A stretch of DNA of 64,000 nt from an uncultured Candidatus Rokubacteria bacterium (GCA_963708025.1 CAVPSB010000017.1:1-64000), one strand, 5' to 3'. Counted from the first letter of the stretch, positions 1 through 12,756 are shown. The notes: generated by a model from the letters alone, not told the origin. Made by a program: numbers and translations.

Positions 1-202
1 TGCGAGCGACTGGTCGATCTCTGCCCTCACCGCCGCAAACGATGTTGGATTCTCCCGCTCGTCGAGCCGTTCGCGCACCATGGAATGGGCCGGCGCCTCT
101 TCCCCGCGGCTCAACTGGGCCACCTCTTTCGCAAGCCTCTCGGCCGTCGGTGACTTCACCTCATACCCTTCTCGAGACAACTCCTCGATGAGCCACGCCG
201 CC
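1..202 (-). pseudogene. Unknown CDS running off the window edge, 5' part removed at the IS junction
   Basis: Open minus-strand frame AAWLIEELSREGYEVKSPTAERLAKEVAQ... with lower GC; no start codon before the IS end at 203. Confidence 0.45.
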
Positions 203-1544
203 TGTGCCTTCCACTTACTCTATCCGCCTCGTGAGGGTTGAACTTCCGGCCGGCCTACTGGATGATGACCGCCATGATCACCCTCGTCCTCACCAGTCTC
301 CTCCGCGGGATCCGGACCCAGCGCGCCTTGGTGCTCGAGAACCTCGCGCTGCGACATCAGCTGGCCGTCCTCCGGCGCAGCACGCCGCGTCCACGCCTGC
401 GACCCTCCGACCGGCTGTTCTGGGTCCTGCTCTCCCGCCTGTGGCACGGCTGGGCGGAGGCCGTCGCCATCGTCCAACCCGAGACGGTGATCCGGTGGCA
501 TCGGACCGGCTTCACGCTCTTCTGGACCTGGAAGAGCCAACAGCGCGGGCCCGGCCGCCCGGCGGTCGCCCCGGAGGTCCGGGCGCTCATCCGCCGAATG
601 GCCGAGGCCAACCCCCTCTGGGGCGCGCCGCGCATTCACGGGGAGCTCCGGAAGCTCGGCCTCGAGATCTCCCAGGCGACGGTTTCGAAGTACCTGGCCC
701 GCCGTCCGCCGCCCTCCTCGCAGACCTGGCGCACCTTTCTCGCCAACCACGTCGGCACGCTGGTCTCTGTGGACTTCTTCGTCGTGCCCACGGTGCTCTT
801 CAAGGTCTTGTTCGTCTTCATCGTCCTGGCACACGACCGTCGACGCGTGGTTCACGTCAACGTCACTGACACCCCGACGGCCCAGTGGACGGCCCAGCAA
901 CTCGTCGAGGCGTTCCCGTGGAACACCGCGCCCCGATACCTGCTCCGCGACCGCGATGCGGTGTACGGGGCAGTGTTCTCGAGCCGGGTTCGATCCATGG
1001 GGATCCACGAGGTCAAGATCGCCCCGCGGTCCCCCTGGCAGAATCCCTATGTCGAACGTCTCATCGGGACCCTGCGCCGCGAGTGCCTCGACCACGTGGT
1101 GGTGCTGAACGACGCCCAGCTGCGTCGCGTGCTGCACGCGTATCTTGTTTACTACCATTCGGCCCGGACTCACCTGTCCCTCGACAAGGACGCCCCGGAG
1201 CCCAGACCGGTGGAGCGTCCCGACCGGGGTCGCATCGTCGAGACGCCTTGGTCGGCGGCCTCCATCATCGCTACACCCGCCGGGCCGCATAGGCCCGGCC
1301 GGCGTGGCATCCCGGCCACGCTCCGTCCGCGATCCCGCGGTGTGACTCGCGGCCAGGCCTTCGCCTCCCCTCCACCCGGTTGGGTCGATCCCCCCCAAGT
1401 GGATGCGGAGCATGCAGCTCCCACCCGTTGTTGGTGTCTGAGGCGCCGCGAGCCCTACCGCCCACCGTCCGCGCGCCCTCCATGAACACCCCAGATCGTT
1501 TTTCCCGCGGTCGGCCCCGGGGTCGGTGACGAACAGAAGGCACA
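203..1544 (+). mobile_element. IS481-like insertion sequence
   Basis: 9-bp terminal inverted repeats TGTGCCTTC (203-211) and GAAGGCACA (1536-1544) around an rve transposase; no target-site duplication. Confidence 0.7.
259..1292 (+). CDS. Integrase-core (rve/DDE) transposase, frameshift near 1250
   Basis: Motifs WGAPRIHGEL, DFFVV, LLRDRD, SPWQNPYVERLIGTLRRECLDH; C-terminus GGLHHRYTRRAA in a second frame. Confidence 0.9.
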
Positions 1545-1896
1545 ACTACTTGAAGGAGCAAGAGCTGAAGAGCCTTGTCGCTGGCCGGTCTCCCAAGAGT
1601 ATGTGTTCCCCGGACGCACCGCCTCCGGCCCTACTCCTACCAAAGCTCTCTTCTTACTCAACGTCTGGCAGCCGATGATGAAGCTGTCGGGTCTTCGCTA
1701 CCGCACGTGCACCAGTCAGGCACACGTATGCCACACTCCTGTTTGCCGCCGGGAAGGACCTCTACTACGTCAGCCGGCAACTGGGCCACGCCAACATCCT
1801 CATCACGGCGAAGGTGTACGTGCACTACCTCCCCGGATCCGATCGGCAGGCGGTGAACGCGCTTGTCGCCCAGACACGCCCGGATCCTCTCGCTGA
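1545..1896 (+). pseudogene. Tyrosine recombinase/phage integrase C-terminal remnant
   Basis: Across frameshifts reads YVFPG...LRYRT.HQ.RHTYATLLFAAGKDLYYVSRQLGHANILITAKVYVHYLP (H-x-x-R, LGH, catalytic Tyr). Confidence 0.85.
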
Positions 1897-1910
1897 AGGG
1901 CTCCGGATCT

Positions 1911-1940
1911 CACAACCTAGTGCAACCCTGGTGCAACCTG
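1911..1940 (+). repeat. Three CAACC direct repeats, putative integrase arm-type sites
   Basis: CAACC at 1913, 1923 and 1934, just downstream of the integrase remnant. Confidence 0.5.
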
Positions 1941-1982
1941 CTTCTACACAAGATGGACGCGCAACTCCGTTATTACAGGCAG

Positions 1983-2062
1983 TTAGCCCCAGTAGGTTCC
2001 GTGGTTGAGGAACGTGACGTCCTTGTCCAGGGGCCAGTACGTGGAAGTACCGACCTGTACAC
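1983..2062 (-). pseudogene. 5' fragment of a class V aminotransferase (isopenicillin-N epimerase-like)
   Basis: AAGGAGG next to a GTG, then WPLDKDVTFLNHGTY followed by an early stop. Confidence 0.65.
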
Positions 2063-2201
2063 CCTCCTTGGGGGCCGGCGGCGGCGCGGGGCTCCGGGCA
2101 CCAGGCTACACGAGCCGGGGGCCGGTCTGGACGGGATCTTCGGCTGAGGCATGGGCGGCCGCGTTGACACGTCGGCCGGGAGATCGCAGAATCGGAGCCC
2201 G

Positions 2202-2982
2202 ATGGTGACCCGGGCCTTCGCGACACGCCGCATGGCCCGATTCACTACCGGGCCGCGGGAAGCGGGCCACCGGTCCTGCTGCTGCACCAGACTCCCCGGT
2301 CCTCGGACGAGTACCGCGACGTCATCCCGCTCCTGGCCGGCGCCCGCCGGGTCGTCGCCATGGACACGATCGGCTACGGCGACTCCTACAGGCCCGCCCA
2401 GACGTGCGCCATCGAGGACTACGCCCGGGCGCGGTTGACCTGCTCGACGCCCTCGGCATCGGGCGGGCGGCGGTGGTCGGCCACCACACCGGGGCGGTCA
2501 TCGGGGTCGAGTCCGGCTGCCAGCCATCCCGATCGGGTGGAGCGGCTCGTGCTCTCCAACAGCCCGTACATCGACGCCGAGGACCGGGAGCGGCGCCGGG
2601 ACCGGCCGCCGATCGACGAGGTCACGGTGCACGAGGACGGCCGTCACCTGACCGAGTCTGTGGCAGCGGCGGCTCGGCTTCTATCCGAAGGGCCGGCCGG
2701 ACTCCCTGACCCGCTTCGTCATCGACGCCCTCCGGGCCGGCGAGAAGGCCAAGAGGGACACCGGGCCTGCAGCGTCTACCGCATGGAGACGAAGGTCGGG
2801 CTGGTCCGCTGTCCCACCCTCGTGGTCTGCGGGACGAGCGATCCCTTCTCGTACCCGCGGATGGAGCCGCTGGCCCGCGCCATCGCCGGGAGCCGCAGCC
2901 TGCCGATCCCGGGCGGCACGGTGGCGATGGTCGACCAGATGCCCGCCGAGTTCGCCGCGGCGATCCTCCCGTTCCTCCGCGC

Positions 2983-2986
<4 letters not shown>
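2202..2986 (+). CDS. Alpha/beta hydrolase (frameshifted)
   Basis: PPVLLLHQTPRSSDEY, MDTIGYGDS, VVGHHTGA, CPTLVVCGTSDP; TTGACA-17-CAGAAT upstream. Confidence 0.85.
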
Positions 2987-4963
<1,977 letters not shown>

Positions 4964-5117
4964 GCTCCTCCGCGACTCGGGGTTTCAGCGGCTCAGTGTA
5001 CCTTGGTCGCCCGTGACCGAGCCGAGGAGTTGGCACCGCCTCCACGACTCCTCTGTTTCAGCGGCCCAGTGTACATTGGTTCGCTGATAGAATGACGCCT
5101 CGGCACAGGAGGCGCCC

Positions 5118-6119
5118 ATGAAGCTCGTCATCCATCCGCCGGTCGAGGCCGCCCGTCTCACGAAGATCTGCGAGGCGGCCGGATCAATGGCGGTCGTCAA
5201 CGCGGCCGACGAGGCGGCGGCGGTCCGCGAGATCGCCGACGCCGACGCCTTCTTCGGCAAGCTGACGCCGCCGATGCTGGCCGCCGCCCGCCGGCTCCGC
5301 TCGGTCCAGGCCCCGACGGTCAGCCTCGAGCACTACCTCTTCCCGGAGCTGGTCGCGCACCCCTCGACGCTGACCAACATGCGGGGGCTCTTCTCGGACG
5401 TCATCGCCGACCACGTCTTCGGCTACATCCTCTGCTTCGCCCGGAACTTCCACCGCTACATCCGGAGCCAGATGGCCGGACGCTGGGACGCGGTGGGCGG
5501 CGAGGCCGCCCGCTCCACCTTCGCCGCCGGTCCCGGGGTGGTCAGCCCGATGGACCAGGCCCACCTCCACCTGGCCGACCAGACCCTCGGCGTCGTCGGC
5601 CTCGGCCGGATCGGGGCCGAGGTCGCGCGGCGCGGACTCGCCTTCGGGATGCGCGTCCTGGCCGTCGATCCGGTCCAGACCCGGGCGCCGGACGGCGTGG
5701 CCGCGCTCTGGACGCTGGAGCGCCTCCCCGAGCTGCTGGGCGCCAGCGACTTCGTCGTGATCGCGGCGCCCCACACGCCGGAGACCGTCAAGCTCTTCCG
5801 GCGGGAGCGGTTCCGCCAGATGAAGCGGACGGCGTATCTCATCAACATCGGCCGGGGCGCGATCGTCGACCTCGCCGACCTGACGGCGGCGATCCAGGCC
5901 GGGGAGATCGCCGGCGCCGGCCTCGACGTCTTCGAGGTCGAGCCGCTCCCCGCCGGTCATCCGCTCTGGAAGATGGAGAACGTCATCATCACGCCCCACG
6001 TCGCGGGCGCCTCGCCCCGCATCGCCGAGCGGCACCTCGGCGTCCTCCTCGACAACGTCCGCCGCTTCGCGGCCGGCGAGCCGCTGACCAACGTGGCCAA
6101 CAAGCAAACCTGGTACTGA
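5118..6119 (+). CDS. D-2-hydroxyacid dehydrogenase
   Basis: GLGRIG, NIGRG, LDVFEVEPL, TPHVAG. Confidence 0.92.
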   Translation: MKLVIHPPVEAARLTKICEAAGSMAVVNAADEAAAVREIADADAFFGKLTPPMLAAARRLRSVQAPTVSLEHYLFPELVAHPSTLTNMRGLFSDVIADHVFGYILCFARNFHRYIRSQMAGRWDAVGGEAARSTFAAGPGVVSPMDQAHLHLADQTLGVVGLGRIGAEVARRGLAFGMRVLAVDPVQTRAPDGVAALWTLERLPELLGASDFVVIAAPHTPETVKLFRRERFRQMKRTAYLINIGRGAIVDLADLTAAIQAGEIAGAGLDVFEVEPLPAGHPLWKMENVIITPHVAGASPRIAERHLGVLLDNVRRFAAGEPLTNVANKQTWY

Positions 6120-6138
6120 GAGGTCGGCACTTCTCCGG

Positions 6139-6190
6139 CCCCCCCTCCCCCCAGTGGGTGGGGGAGGGGGGCTGGGGGGTGGGTGGGAGG
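6139..6190 (+). repeat. Family C G/C-tract palindromic repeat
   Basis: CCCCCTCCCCC...GGGGGAGGGGGGCTGGGGGGTGGG.GGGAGG; near-identical copy at 50080. Confidence 0.85.
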
Positions 6191-6196
6191 TTACAG

Positions 6197-6619
6197 ATGC
6201 CCGAGCAGCTCTCCGACACGCGGATCCAGCGCTTCCTCGCCGACCGGCAGGTCGTCGTGCTGGCCACCCTCCAGCCCGACGGCGCGCCGCTGGCGATGCC
6301 GATGTGGTTCCTCGCCGGCGCCGACGCGCTCGCCATGATCAGCGTGGCCGGGCTGGCGAAGGTGCGGAACCTCCAGCGCGATCCGCGCTGCTGCGTCGTG
6401 GCCGAGGCCGGGACCCGAGCCGACATCCGGGGCGTCACCGTCCAGGGCCGGGCCGAGCTCCTGGCCGACTCGGCCGAGCGCCGGGCGCTCGTCGAGCGGT
6501 TCCTGGAGAAGTACCATCCCGACCTGGAGCGGCGGTGGGCGGGGCGGGCACTGCCGGCCGACCGGGTCATGTTCCGCATCCTTCCGCGCGCGGTCCGGAG
6601 CTGGGGGCTCCCGTCATGA
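6197..6619 (+). CDS. Pyridoxamine 5'-phosphate oxidase family (PPOX-class, possibly F420-dependent)
   Basis: LATLQPDGAP..PMWF, KVRNLQRDPR, GVTVQGRAE. Confidence 0.85.
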   Translation: MPEQLSDTRIQRFLADRQVVVLATLQPDGAPLAMPMWFLAGADALAMISVAGLAKVRNLQRDPRCCVVAEAGTRADIRGVTVQGRAELLADSAERRALVERFLEKYHPDLERRWAGRALPADRVMFRILPRAVRSWGLPS

Positions 6620-7732
6620 CGATCACCGACGTCCGCACCATCCCGCTCCGCGGAGCCACCCACGACACCGGCTGGCCCGGCGGCACCGATCCCAACGAGC
6701 AGATGAACACGCTGCTCGAGATCCGCGCCAGCGACGGGCTCACCGGCATCGGGAGCTGCTTCACCAGCCTGCCCCTCGTCGAGGCCTCGCTCACCCTGCT
6801 CCGCCCGATGCTGATCGGGGAGACCGTGTACGAGGCCGAGCGCGTGAGCGAGAAGCTTCGCCAGCTCACCTTCTGGCAGGGCCGGGGCGGCGCCGTCGAG
6901 CACACCATCAGCGGGCTCGACATCGCGCTGTGGGACCTGATGGGGAAGGCCCTCGGCCAGCCGGTCTCCCGGCTTCTCGGCGGCAACTACCGGGACCGGA
7001 TCAAGCCCTACGCCTCGATCCTCTTCGACGACCCCCCGGTGCTGCGAGAAAAGCTCCAGCGGCAGATGGCCCGTGGCTTCCGCGCCATCAAGATGGGCTG
7101 GCGGCCGTTCGGCCGGGTCAGCCGCCAGCTCGACGAGCTGCTCATCAAGACCGCGCGGGAGACGGTCGGCGGACGCGATCGAGCTGATGGTGGACGCCGG
7201 CGGCAGCGAGCAGTTCTGGCCCCACAACGTCGGCTGGGCGCGGGAGACGGCCCGGATGCTCGGCGCCTACGGCATCACCTGGTTCGAGGAGGCGCTCCGG
7301 CCGGACGACCTCCAGGGCTTCAAGGAGCTGAAGCAGAGCTCCCCGGTCCTGATCGCCACCGGCGAGGTCTTCACCCGCCGGCAGAGCTTCCAGCCCTACA
7401 TCACCGAGCGCGCCCTCGACATCATCCAGCCCGACATGACCAAGTGCGGCGGGCTCTCCGAGGGCCGGCGGATGGGCTGGATGGCCTACGACCACGGCGT
7501 GCTGCTGGTCCCCCACGGCTGGAACACCGCCATCGGCGTCGCCGCCGACTTGGCGCTCAGCGCCGCCCTCCCGGTCGCGAAGTGGGTCGAGTACCAGACC
7601 GGTGTGCCCTACATCGAGGAGCTGCTCAGCCCGCCGTTCCGGCTCGACGCGGACGGCCTGCTCCCGGTCCCGACGGGTCCGGGGCTCGGGGTGACCCTCA
7701 ACCCGGACGCGATCGCGAAGTACGCGCGCTGA
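6616..7732 (+). CDS. Mandelate racemase/enolase-superfamily dehydratase (frameshift ~7175)
   Basis: ISGLDIALWDLMGKALGQPV, LMVDAG, WFEEAL, IATGE, IIQPDMTKCGG. Confidence 0.9.
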
Positions 7733-7843
7733 CCGGCCCTCGACAGCCCGGCGCGGGTTGGATATCGTAGGCGCGACTTCCCGGCGAGCCGGACTTCATC
7801 GATTCCAGGCTGCGCGCGGCCGCGCAGTGGAGGGCATGCCGCC

Positions 7844-9202
7844 ATGACACAGGATCTCGCGTCTCCCCGTCCGCCCCGCGCTCGGCGGATCACCCGCCGC
7901 CAGTTCCTGGCCGGCACTGCCGCCCTCGGCGGCGCCGGCGCCGTCCTGGCCGCGCGCCCGCGGCCGGCGCGCGCCCAGGGCGCGCTCAAGGGAACGAAGC
8001 TCACGATCGTCACCAGCGACTGGTACGTGCCGGAGACGAACAAGATGCTCGACGACCTGGCCGCGTCGATGTCGAAGGACACCGGCATGGAGGTCAAGGT
8101 CGAGCGCTTCGCCGGCGAGCAGCACGTCGCCAAGGTGGCGGCGATCGTCGGCAGCGGTCAGGGCGCGGACCTGGCCCTCGTCCGCGACTTCGACGCCTAT
8201 CTCTACGCCGACAAGCTGATCGACGTCACCGACCTCGCCGCCGAGGTCGGCAAGACCTACGGCGGCTGGTTCGACGTCGCCCAGCAGGCCTGCGTGGTCA
8301 AGGGCCGGTGGAAGGCGCTGATGATCGGCCAGGCGCCGGCGGCCTGGAACTACCGGACCGACATGTTCAAGGCGGCCGGGGTCGAGCGGTTCCCGGACAC
8401 CTTCGACGAGCTCCTGGCCGCGGCCCGGAAGCTCCACGCCAAGGGCACGCCGGTCGGGATGACGCTCGGCCACGCCTCCGGGGACGGCCGCTCCACGAAC
8501 TACCCGGTGCTGTGGGCGTTCGGGGGCAAGGAGTTCGAGGCCGACGGCAAGACGGTGGCCATCAACTCGGCGGAGACGCTCCGCGCGGTCGAGTGGTACG
8601 TCGAGATGTACAAGTACATGATCCCGGGCGTCACCGCCTGGCTCGACCCGGACAACAACCAGGCGTTCCTGGCCGGCAAGGTCTCGGCCACGATCAACGT
8701 GAACACGATCTACCTCGCCGCCCGCACGGCGGCGCCGACCGATCCGGCCAAGAAGGCCCTCATCGAGAACATGGACCACGCGAACTGGCCGGCGGGGCCG
8801 GCCGGCCGCTTCGGGCACTACAACATCAACCTGTGGGCCGGCTTCGCCGCCAGCAAGAACCGCGAGGGCCAGCTCGCGTTCCTGCGCGCGTGGCACGACC
8901 GGAGCTTCCTCCCCGGTGGACCAAGGCCGGCCAGTCCTACTTCATCCCGCCCTTCGGCGGGTTCGACAAGGAGGACGTGTGGCCGGACGACCCGAAGCTC
9001 AAGATCTTCCGCGAGCTGAACAAGCTCAACCGCCTGGCCGGCTACGCCGGACCGCCCGACGCCGGCGGCGGCCGAGGCCGTGAACAAGTTCGTGCTCGTC
9101 GACATGTTCGCCAAGGCCGCCACCGGTCAGATGAAGCCCATCGACGCCGTCAAGTGGGCGGAGAAGGAATACAAGCAGATCGCCCAGAAGCGGCTCGGCT
9201 GA
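7844..9202 (+). CDS. Sugar ABC transporter substrate-binding protein, Tat signal (frameshifts ~8910 and ~9060)
   Basis: ITRRQFL twin-arginine motif; WNYRTDMF; DNNQAFLAG. Confidence 0.85.
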
Positions 9203-9213
9203 GATTTTCGGGA

Positions 9214-9267
9214 CCTCCCTCCCACCCCCCCAGCCCCCCTCCCCCCACCCACCGGCGGGGAGGGGGG
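9214..9267 (-). repeat. Family C repeat, inverted copy
   Basis: Close to the reverse complement of the 6139-6190 element. Confidence 0.8.
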
Positions 9268-9273
9268 AGCCGG

Positions 9274-10242
9274 ATGTTGGCGCAGCCGCGGCTCGAGGTG
9301 GCTAGGGTGAGCGACGGCGCCTTCGTCCTTCCGGCCCGGCGGAAGAAGCGGCTCCGCGGCCTGGCGGCGGCGCTGGACCACGAGCAGACGCTCGCCTACC
9401 TCCTGGTCGGCCCCCTGGTCACGCTGCTGCTGGGGCTGGTCGCCTATCCCTTCCTGGTGGCGGTCCAGTTCAGCCTCACCGACCGGACGCTGGCCGAGCC
9501 GGGTCGGTTCGTCGGGCTGGGCAACCTCGTCAACCTCTGGGACGACCAGATCTACCGGCAAACCGTCCGGAACACGATCCTCTACACCATCGGCGCCACC
9601 ATCCTGAAGCTCGGCGCCGGCCTCGGCCTGGCCCTCGTGATCAACGAGCGCTTCCGCTTCCGCCGGCTCGTCCGCTCGGCGGTCCTGCTGCCCTGGATCG
9701 TCCCGACCGTGCTCAGCACGATGGCCTGGCTGTGGCTCCTGACCCCGAACTTCAGCGTCCTCAACTGGATCCTCGTCAGCGCCGGCGTCAGCCGGACCGG
9801 GCTCCCCTGGCTGACCGACCCGGACCTGGCGCTCTTCTCGGTCATCCTGGTGAACACGTGGCGGGGGACGCCGTTCTTCGCCATCACGCTGCTGGCCGGC
9901 CTCCAGACCATCCCCCCGGGGCTCTACGAGGCCTCGGCGATCGACGGCGCCGGCCGGTGGCAGCGCTTCCGCTTCGTCACCCTCCCCCTCCTGACGCCGA
10001 TCCTTCTCATCACCCTGGTGCTCTCCGTCATCTGGACGTTCTCCGACTTCCAGGTGGTCTACGGCCTGACCCAGGGCGGGCCGATGAACAGCACTCACGT
10101 GCTGGCGACCCTGAGCTACCAGGTGGGACTGGCGTCGGGCAACATCGGGGAGGGCGCGGCCATCTCGCTCACGATGCTGCCGCTGCTCCTCGTCCTGATC
10201 GTCTGGCAGATCCGCCATCTCCGCCGCGGGAGCAGCCTGTGA
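9274..10242 (+). CDS. Carbohydrate ABC transporter permease
   Basis: LYEASAIDGAGRWQRFRFVTLP (EAA loop). Confidence 0.92.
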   Translation: MLAQPRLEVARVSDGAFVLPARRKKRLRGLAAALDHEQTLAYLLVGPLVTLLLGLVAYPFLVAVQFSLTDRTLAEPGRFVGLGNLVNLWDDQIYRQTVRNTILYTIGATILKLGAGLGLALVINERFRFRRLVRSAVLLPWIVPTVLSTMAWLWLLTPNFSVLNWILVSAGVSRTGLPWLTDPDLALFSVILVNTWRGTPFFAITLLAGLQTIPPGLYEASAIDGAGRWQRFRFVTLPLLTPILLITLVLSVIWTFSDFQVVYGLTQGGPMNSTHVLATLSYQVGLASGNIGEGAAISLTMLPLLLVLIVWQIRHLRRGSSL

Positions 10243-11120
10243 GCCGGCCGGGCGCCGACGCCGGCCGGAGCCCGCTGGTGGCCCGCCATCCGGGGCGGGA
10301 GCGCCTGCTGTTCGTCTACGCCCCGCTGGTGTTCGCCCTGGTCTTCCTGCTCGGCCCCTTCTACTGGATGGTCGTCACCTCCCTCAAGCCCAACTCGGAG
10401 CTGTACGACGCCGCCCGGAGCCCGCTCTACGTCCAGTCACCCACGCTCGAGCACTTCGTCTACCTCTTCCGGAAGACGGAGTTCCTCAACTGGACCAAGA
10501 ACACCTTCATCGTGTCCACGCTCTCGACCGCCGTCGCGCTCGCCCTCGGCGTGCCGGCCGGTTACGCCCTGGCGCGCCTCCGGTTCCGGGGGTCGGGGGT
10601 GATCGGCACCGGTGTGGTCGTGACGTACCTGGTGCCGACGAGCCTCCTCTTCATTCCGATGGTGCAGGTGATGACGACGCTCGGGCTCGTGGACAGCTAC
10701 TGGTCGCTGGTGGTCGTGTACCCGACCTTCCTGGCGCCGTTCGTGGCCTGGCTGATGGCTGGCTACTTCAAGACGATCCCGGCCGAGCTGGAGGAGTGCG
10801 CCCGCATCGACGGCGCCGACCGCCTGGGCGCGATGTGGCGGATCGCCATCCCGCTGGCGCGCCCCGGGATCGTGTCGGCGGGGATCTTCTCGTTCACCCT
10901 CGCCTGGAACGAGTTCATCTACGCCCTGACGCTGGTCACCGCGAGCAGCGAGCGGACCATCCCGGTCGGGGTGCTGGTCCAGCTCACGCGGGCCGACTTC
11001 TACTTCTGGGGGCCGCTGATGGCGGGGGCGCTGGCCGGCTCGATCCCGGTGGCCCTGGTCTACTCGTTCTTCGTCGACCAGTATGCCGCCGGCCTCACCG
11101 CCGGCGCCGTCAAGGGCTAG
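10239..11120 (+). CDS. Carbohydrate ABC transporter permease
   Basis: IPAELEECARIDGA, AWNEF. Confidence 0.92.
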   Translation: MSRPGADAGRSPLVARHPGRERLLFVYAPLVFALVFLLGPFYWMVVTSLKPNSELYDAARSPLYVQSPTLEHFVYLFRKTEFLNWTKNTFIVSTLSTAVALALGVPAGYALARLRFRGSGVIGTGVVVTYLVPTSLLFIPMVQVMTTLGLVDSYWSLVVVYPTFLAPFVAWLMAGYFKTIPAELEECARIDGADRLGAMWRIAIPLARPGIVSAGIFSFTLAWNEFIYALTLVTASSERTIPVGVLVQLTRADFYFWGPLMAGALAGSIPVALVYSFFVDQYAAGLTAGAVKG

Positions 11121-11285
11121 CGGGCGGGGCCGATGAGCGTCGCATCGCGTCGTCCTCGGTCGTCGTCGATCCTCGGCGTACTCGGAGTACGCCTGCGGTC
11201 GGCGACTCCCTGCGTCCTAGCGCTGCTCGCTCCTCGGCCCCGCCCCCCGAGCACTGGACTCGTCTGCCACGACGTCGGCGGCTAG
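11117..11285 (+). repeat. Family A ~140-180 bp palindromic element, copy 1 (CTAG at both ends)
   Basis: CTAGCGGGCGGGGCCGA...GGCGTACTCGGAGTACGCC...TCGGCCCCGCCC; four copies in window. Confidence 0.95.
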
Positions 11286-11563
11286 AAGAGCGCGGAGGCC
11301 ACGGCGTCCCGGTAAGCCAGCAGGACGGGGTCGCTGTCGATCCGGTCGGGCGGGAGGGTCGCCAGGGCTTCGCGGATCAGGTTGACGTCTTGGGCGCTCC
11401 ACGCCACGCCGAGGGCCACCCGCAGCTCGGCCGGCCGGAGCGCGGCAGCCTCGCCGGCGCGCAGCCGCTCGAGCGCGCGGGGTCCGACGAAGGCACGCTG
11501 GAGCGAGAGGCACAGGTCGCGCGCCTGCGAGGTCGCCAGCACGGCCCTCTCCGCGCGCGTCAT
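11282..11563 (-). CDS. Hypothetical protein, partner of the nucleotidyltransferase remnant
   Basis: 93-aa ORF with ATGA overlap to the upstream ORF. Confidence 0.6.
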   Translation of the reverse strand: MTRAERAVLATSQARDLCLSLQRAFVGPRALERLRAGEAAALRPAELRVALGVAWSAQDVNLIREALATLPPDRIDSDPVLLAYRDAVASALF

Positions 11564-11676
11564 CCCTCCTGCTCCAGGATTGCGATGTCGGCGATCCCTC
11601 CGCAGACGGCGAAGGGAACGCCGCCCGCCGTCATGGCGGTCACGACGCCGCGGAATTCCTCGAAGAGATTCGGCAT
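11560..11676 (-). pseudogene. Internally deleted nucleotidyltransferase-like gene
   Basis: 38 aa MPNLFEEFRGVVTAMTAGGVPFAVCGGIA|DIAILEQEG: NTase-like start (GG motif) joined to a C-terminus-like tail. Confidence 0.55.
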
Positions 11677-11726
11677 CGTCGGCGGCGGCTGCTTCGGCGA
11701 GCTCTCGACCCGCGGCACGACGGGCG

Positions 11727-12752
11727 TCAGCCGGGGTGGCGGCCGGGATCCTGGCCGCGGAGCAGGTCCCGGACGAGCCGGAGGCGGGGCACGGCGACGC
11801 CCACGCGCTCCGCCCGGTCCACGAGGTCGCCGAACACCTCGTCCACCTCGATGGCCCGGCCGGCGAGGAAGTCCTGGGTCATCGAGGGCAGCATCGCGAC
11901 GCCCTTGCTCGCGGCCGGCGAGAGGAAGCCCTGCCCCGCCAGGCGCGCGACCGTCTCCTCGTCCGGATGGCTCACGTAGGTCCGGATCGGGAAGTTGGTG
12001 TAGTCGCCCACCGGCACCCCGTGGGCGGCGGCGATCGCCGCCGTCTCCCGGACCAGCGCCAGGTACGCGCGGATCAGGTCGGGGTCGGCGAACATCCGAG
12101 GCGCGCTGCACCGGGCCAGCACCGAGACCCCGAAGACCCCCGCCGCGTTGCAGGCCTTGGACCAGAGGACGCTCCGGATGTCGGCCGGAGCCTCGGCCGG
12201 GATGCCGGCCTTGCCGAGGTGCGCCAGCGCGTCGTCCACGCGGGCCGACCGGCGGCCGTCCGGCTCGCCGAGGTAGGTGGAGCCCAGGCTGGCCACCGCG
12301 ACCTGCCCGTCGTCCTGGCGCACCGCGCCCAGGATGGTGACCGCCGCGACGACCCGCTCGGGCCCGAACGCCTCCGCGAGCACGTCGTCCTTCACCAGCC
12401 CGTTCTGGACCCCGCCGACCCAGGCCGCGTCGTCATCGGCAGCCGGCCAGGCCGCGCGCACCGCCCGGGCGGCCGCCCGGAGCTGGTGACCCTTCGTGGT
12501 GAACAGGACGCCCGCGCCGCGCGGGAGCCGCGCGGGGTCCGCCGTCAGGCCCACCTGCCCGGCCGGCGCCGGCGGCGCCGCCGCGGGGATCTCGAGCGTG
12601 ACGACGCCCCGCAGCCGGACGGCGCCGGCCTCGACCAGGCGCGCCGCGGTGCCCGGCGTCGCCAGCAGCGTCACCGGCTGGCCGCTCGCCGCCAGCAGCG
12701 CGGCGAAGGCCTGGCCCAGCGCGCCCGCCCCGACGAAGGCCAGCTCCGTCAT
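11727..12752 (-). CDS. Ketopantoate reductase family protein (ApbA/PanE-like)
   Basis: GAGALG, TTKGHQ, QNGL, LWSKACN, SMTQDFLAGRAIE. Confidence 0.85.
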   Translation of the reverse strand: MTELAFVGAGALGQAFAALLAASGQPVTLLATPGTAARLVEAGAVRLRGVVTLEIPAAAPPAPAGQVGLTADPARLPRGAGVLFTTKGHQLRAAARAVRAAWPAADDDAAWVGGVQNGLVKDDVLAEAFGPERVVAAVTILGAVRQDDGQVAVASLGSTYLGEPDGRRSARVDDALAHLGKAGIPAEAPADIRSVLWSKACNAAGVFGVSVLARCSAPRMFADPDLIRAYLALVRETAAIAAAHGVPVGDYTNFPIRTYVSHPDEETVARLAGQGFLSPAASKGVAMLPSMTQDFLAGRAIEVDEVFGDLVDRAERVGVAVPRLRLVRDLLRGQDPGRHPG

Positions 12753-12756
12753 GGCG

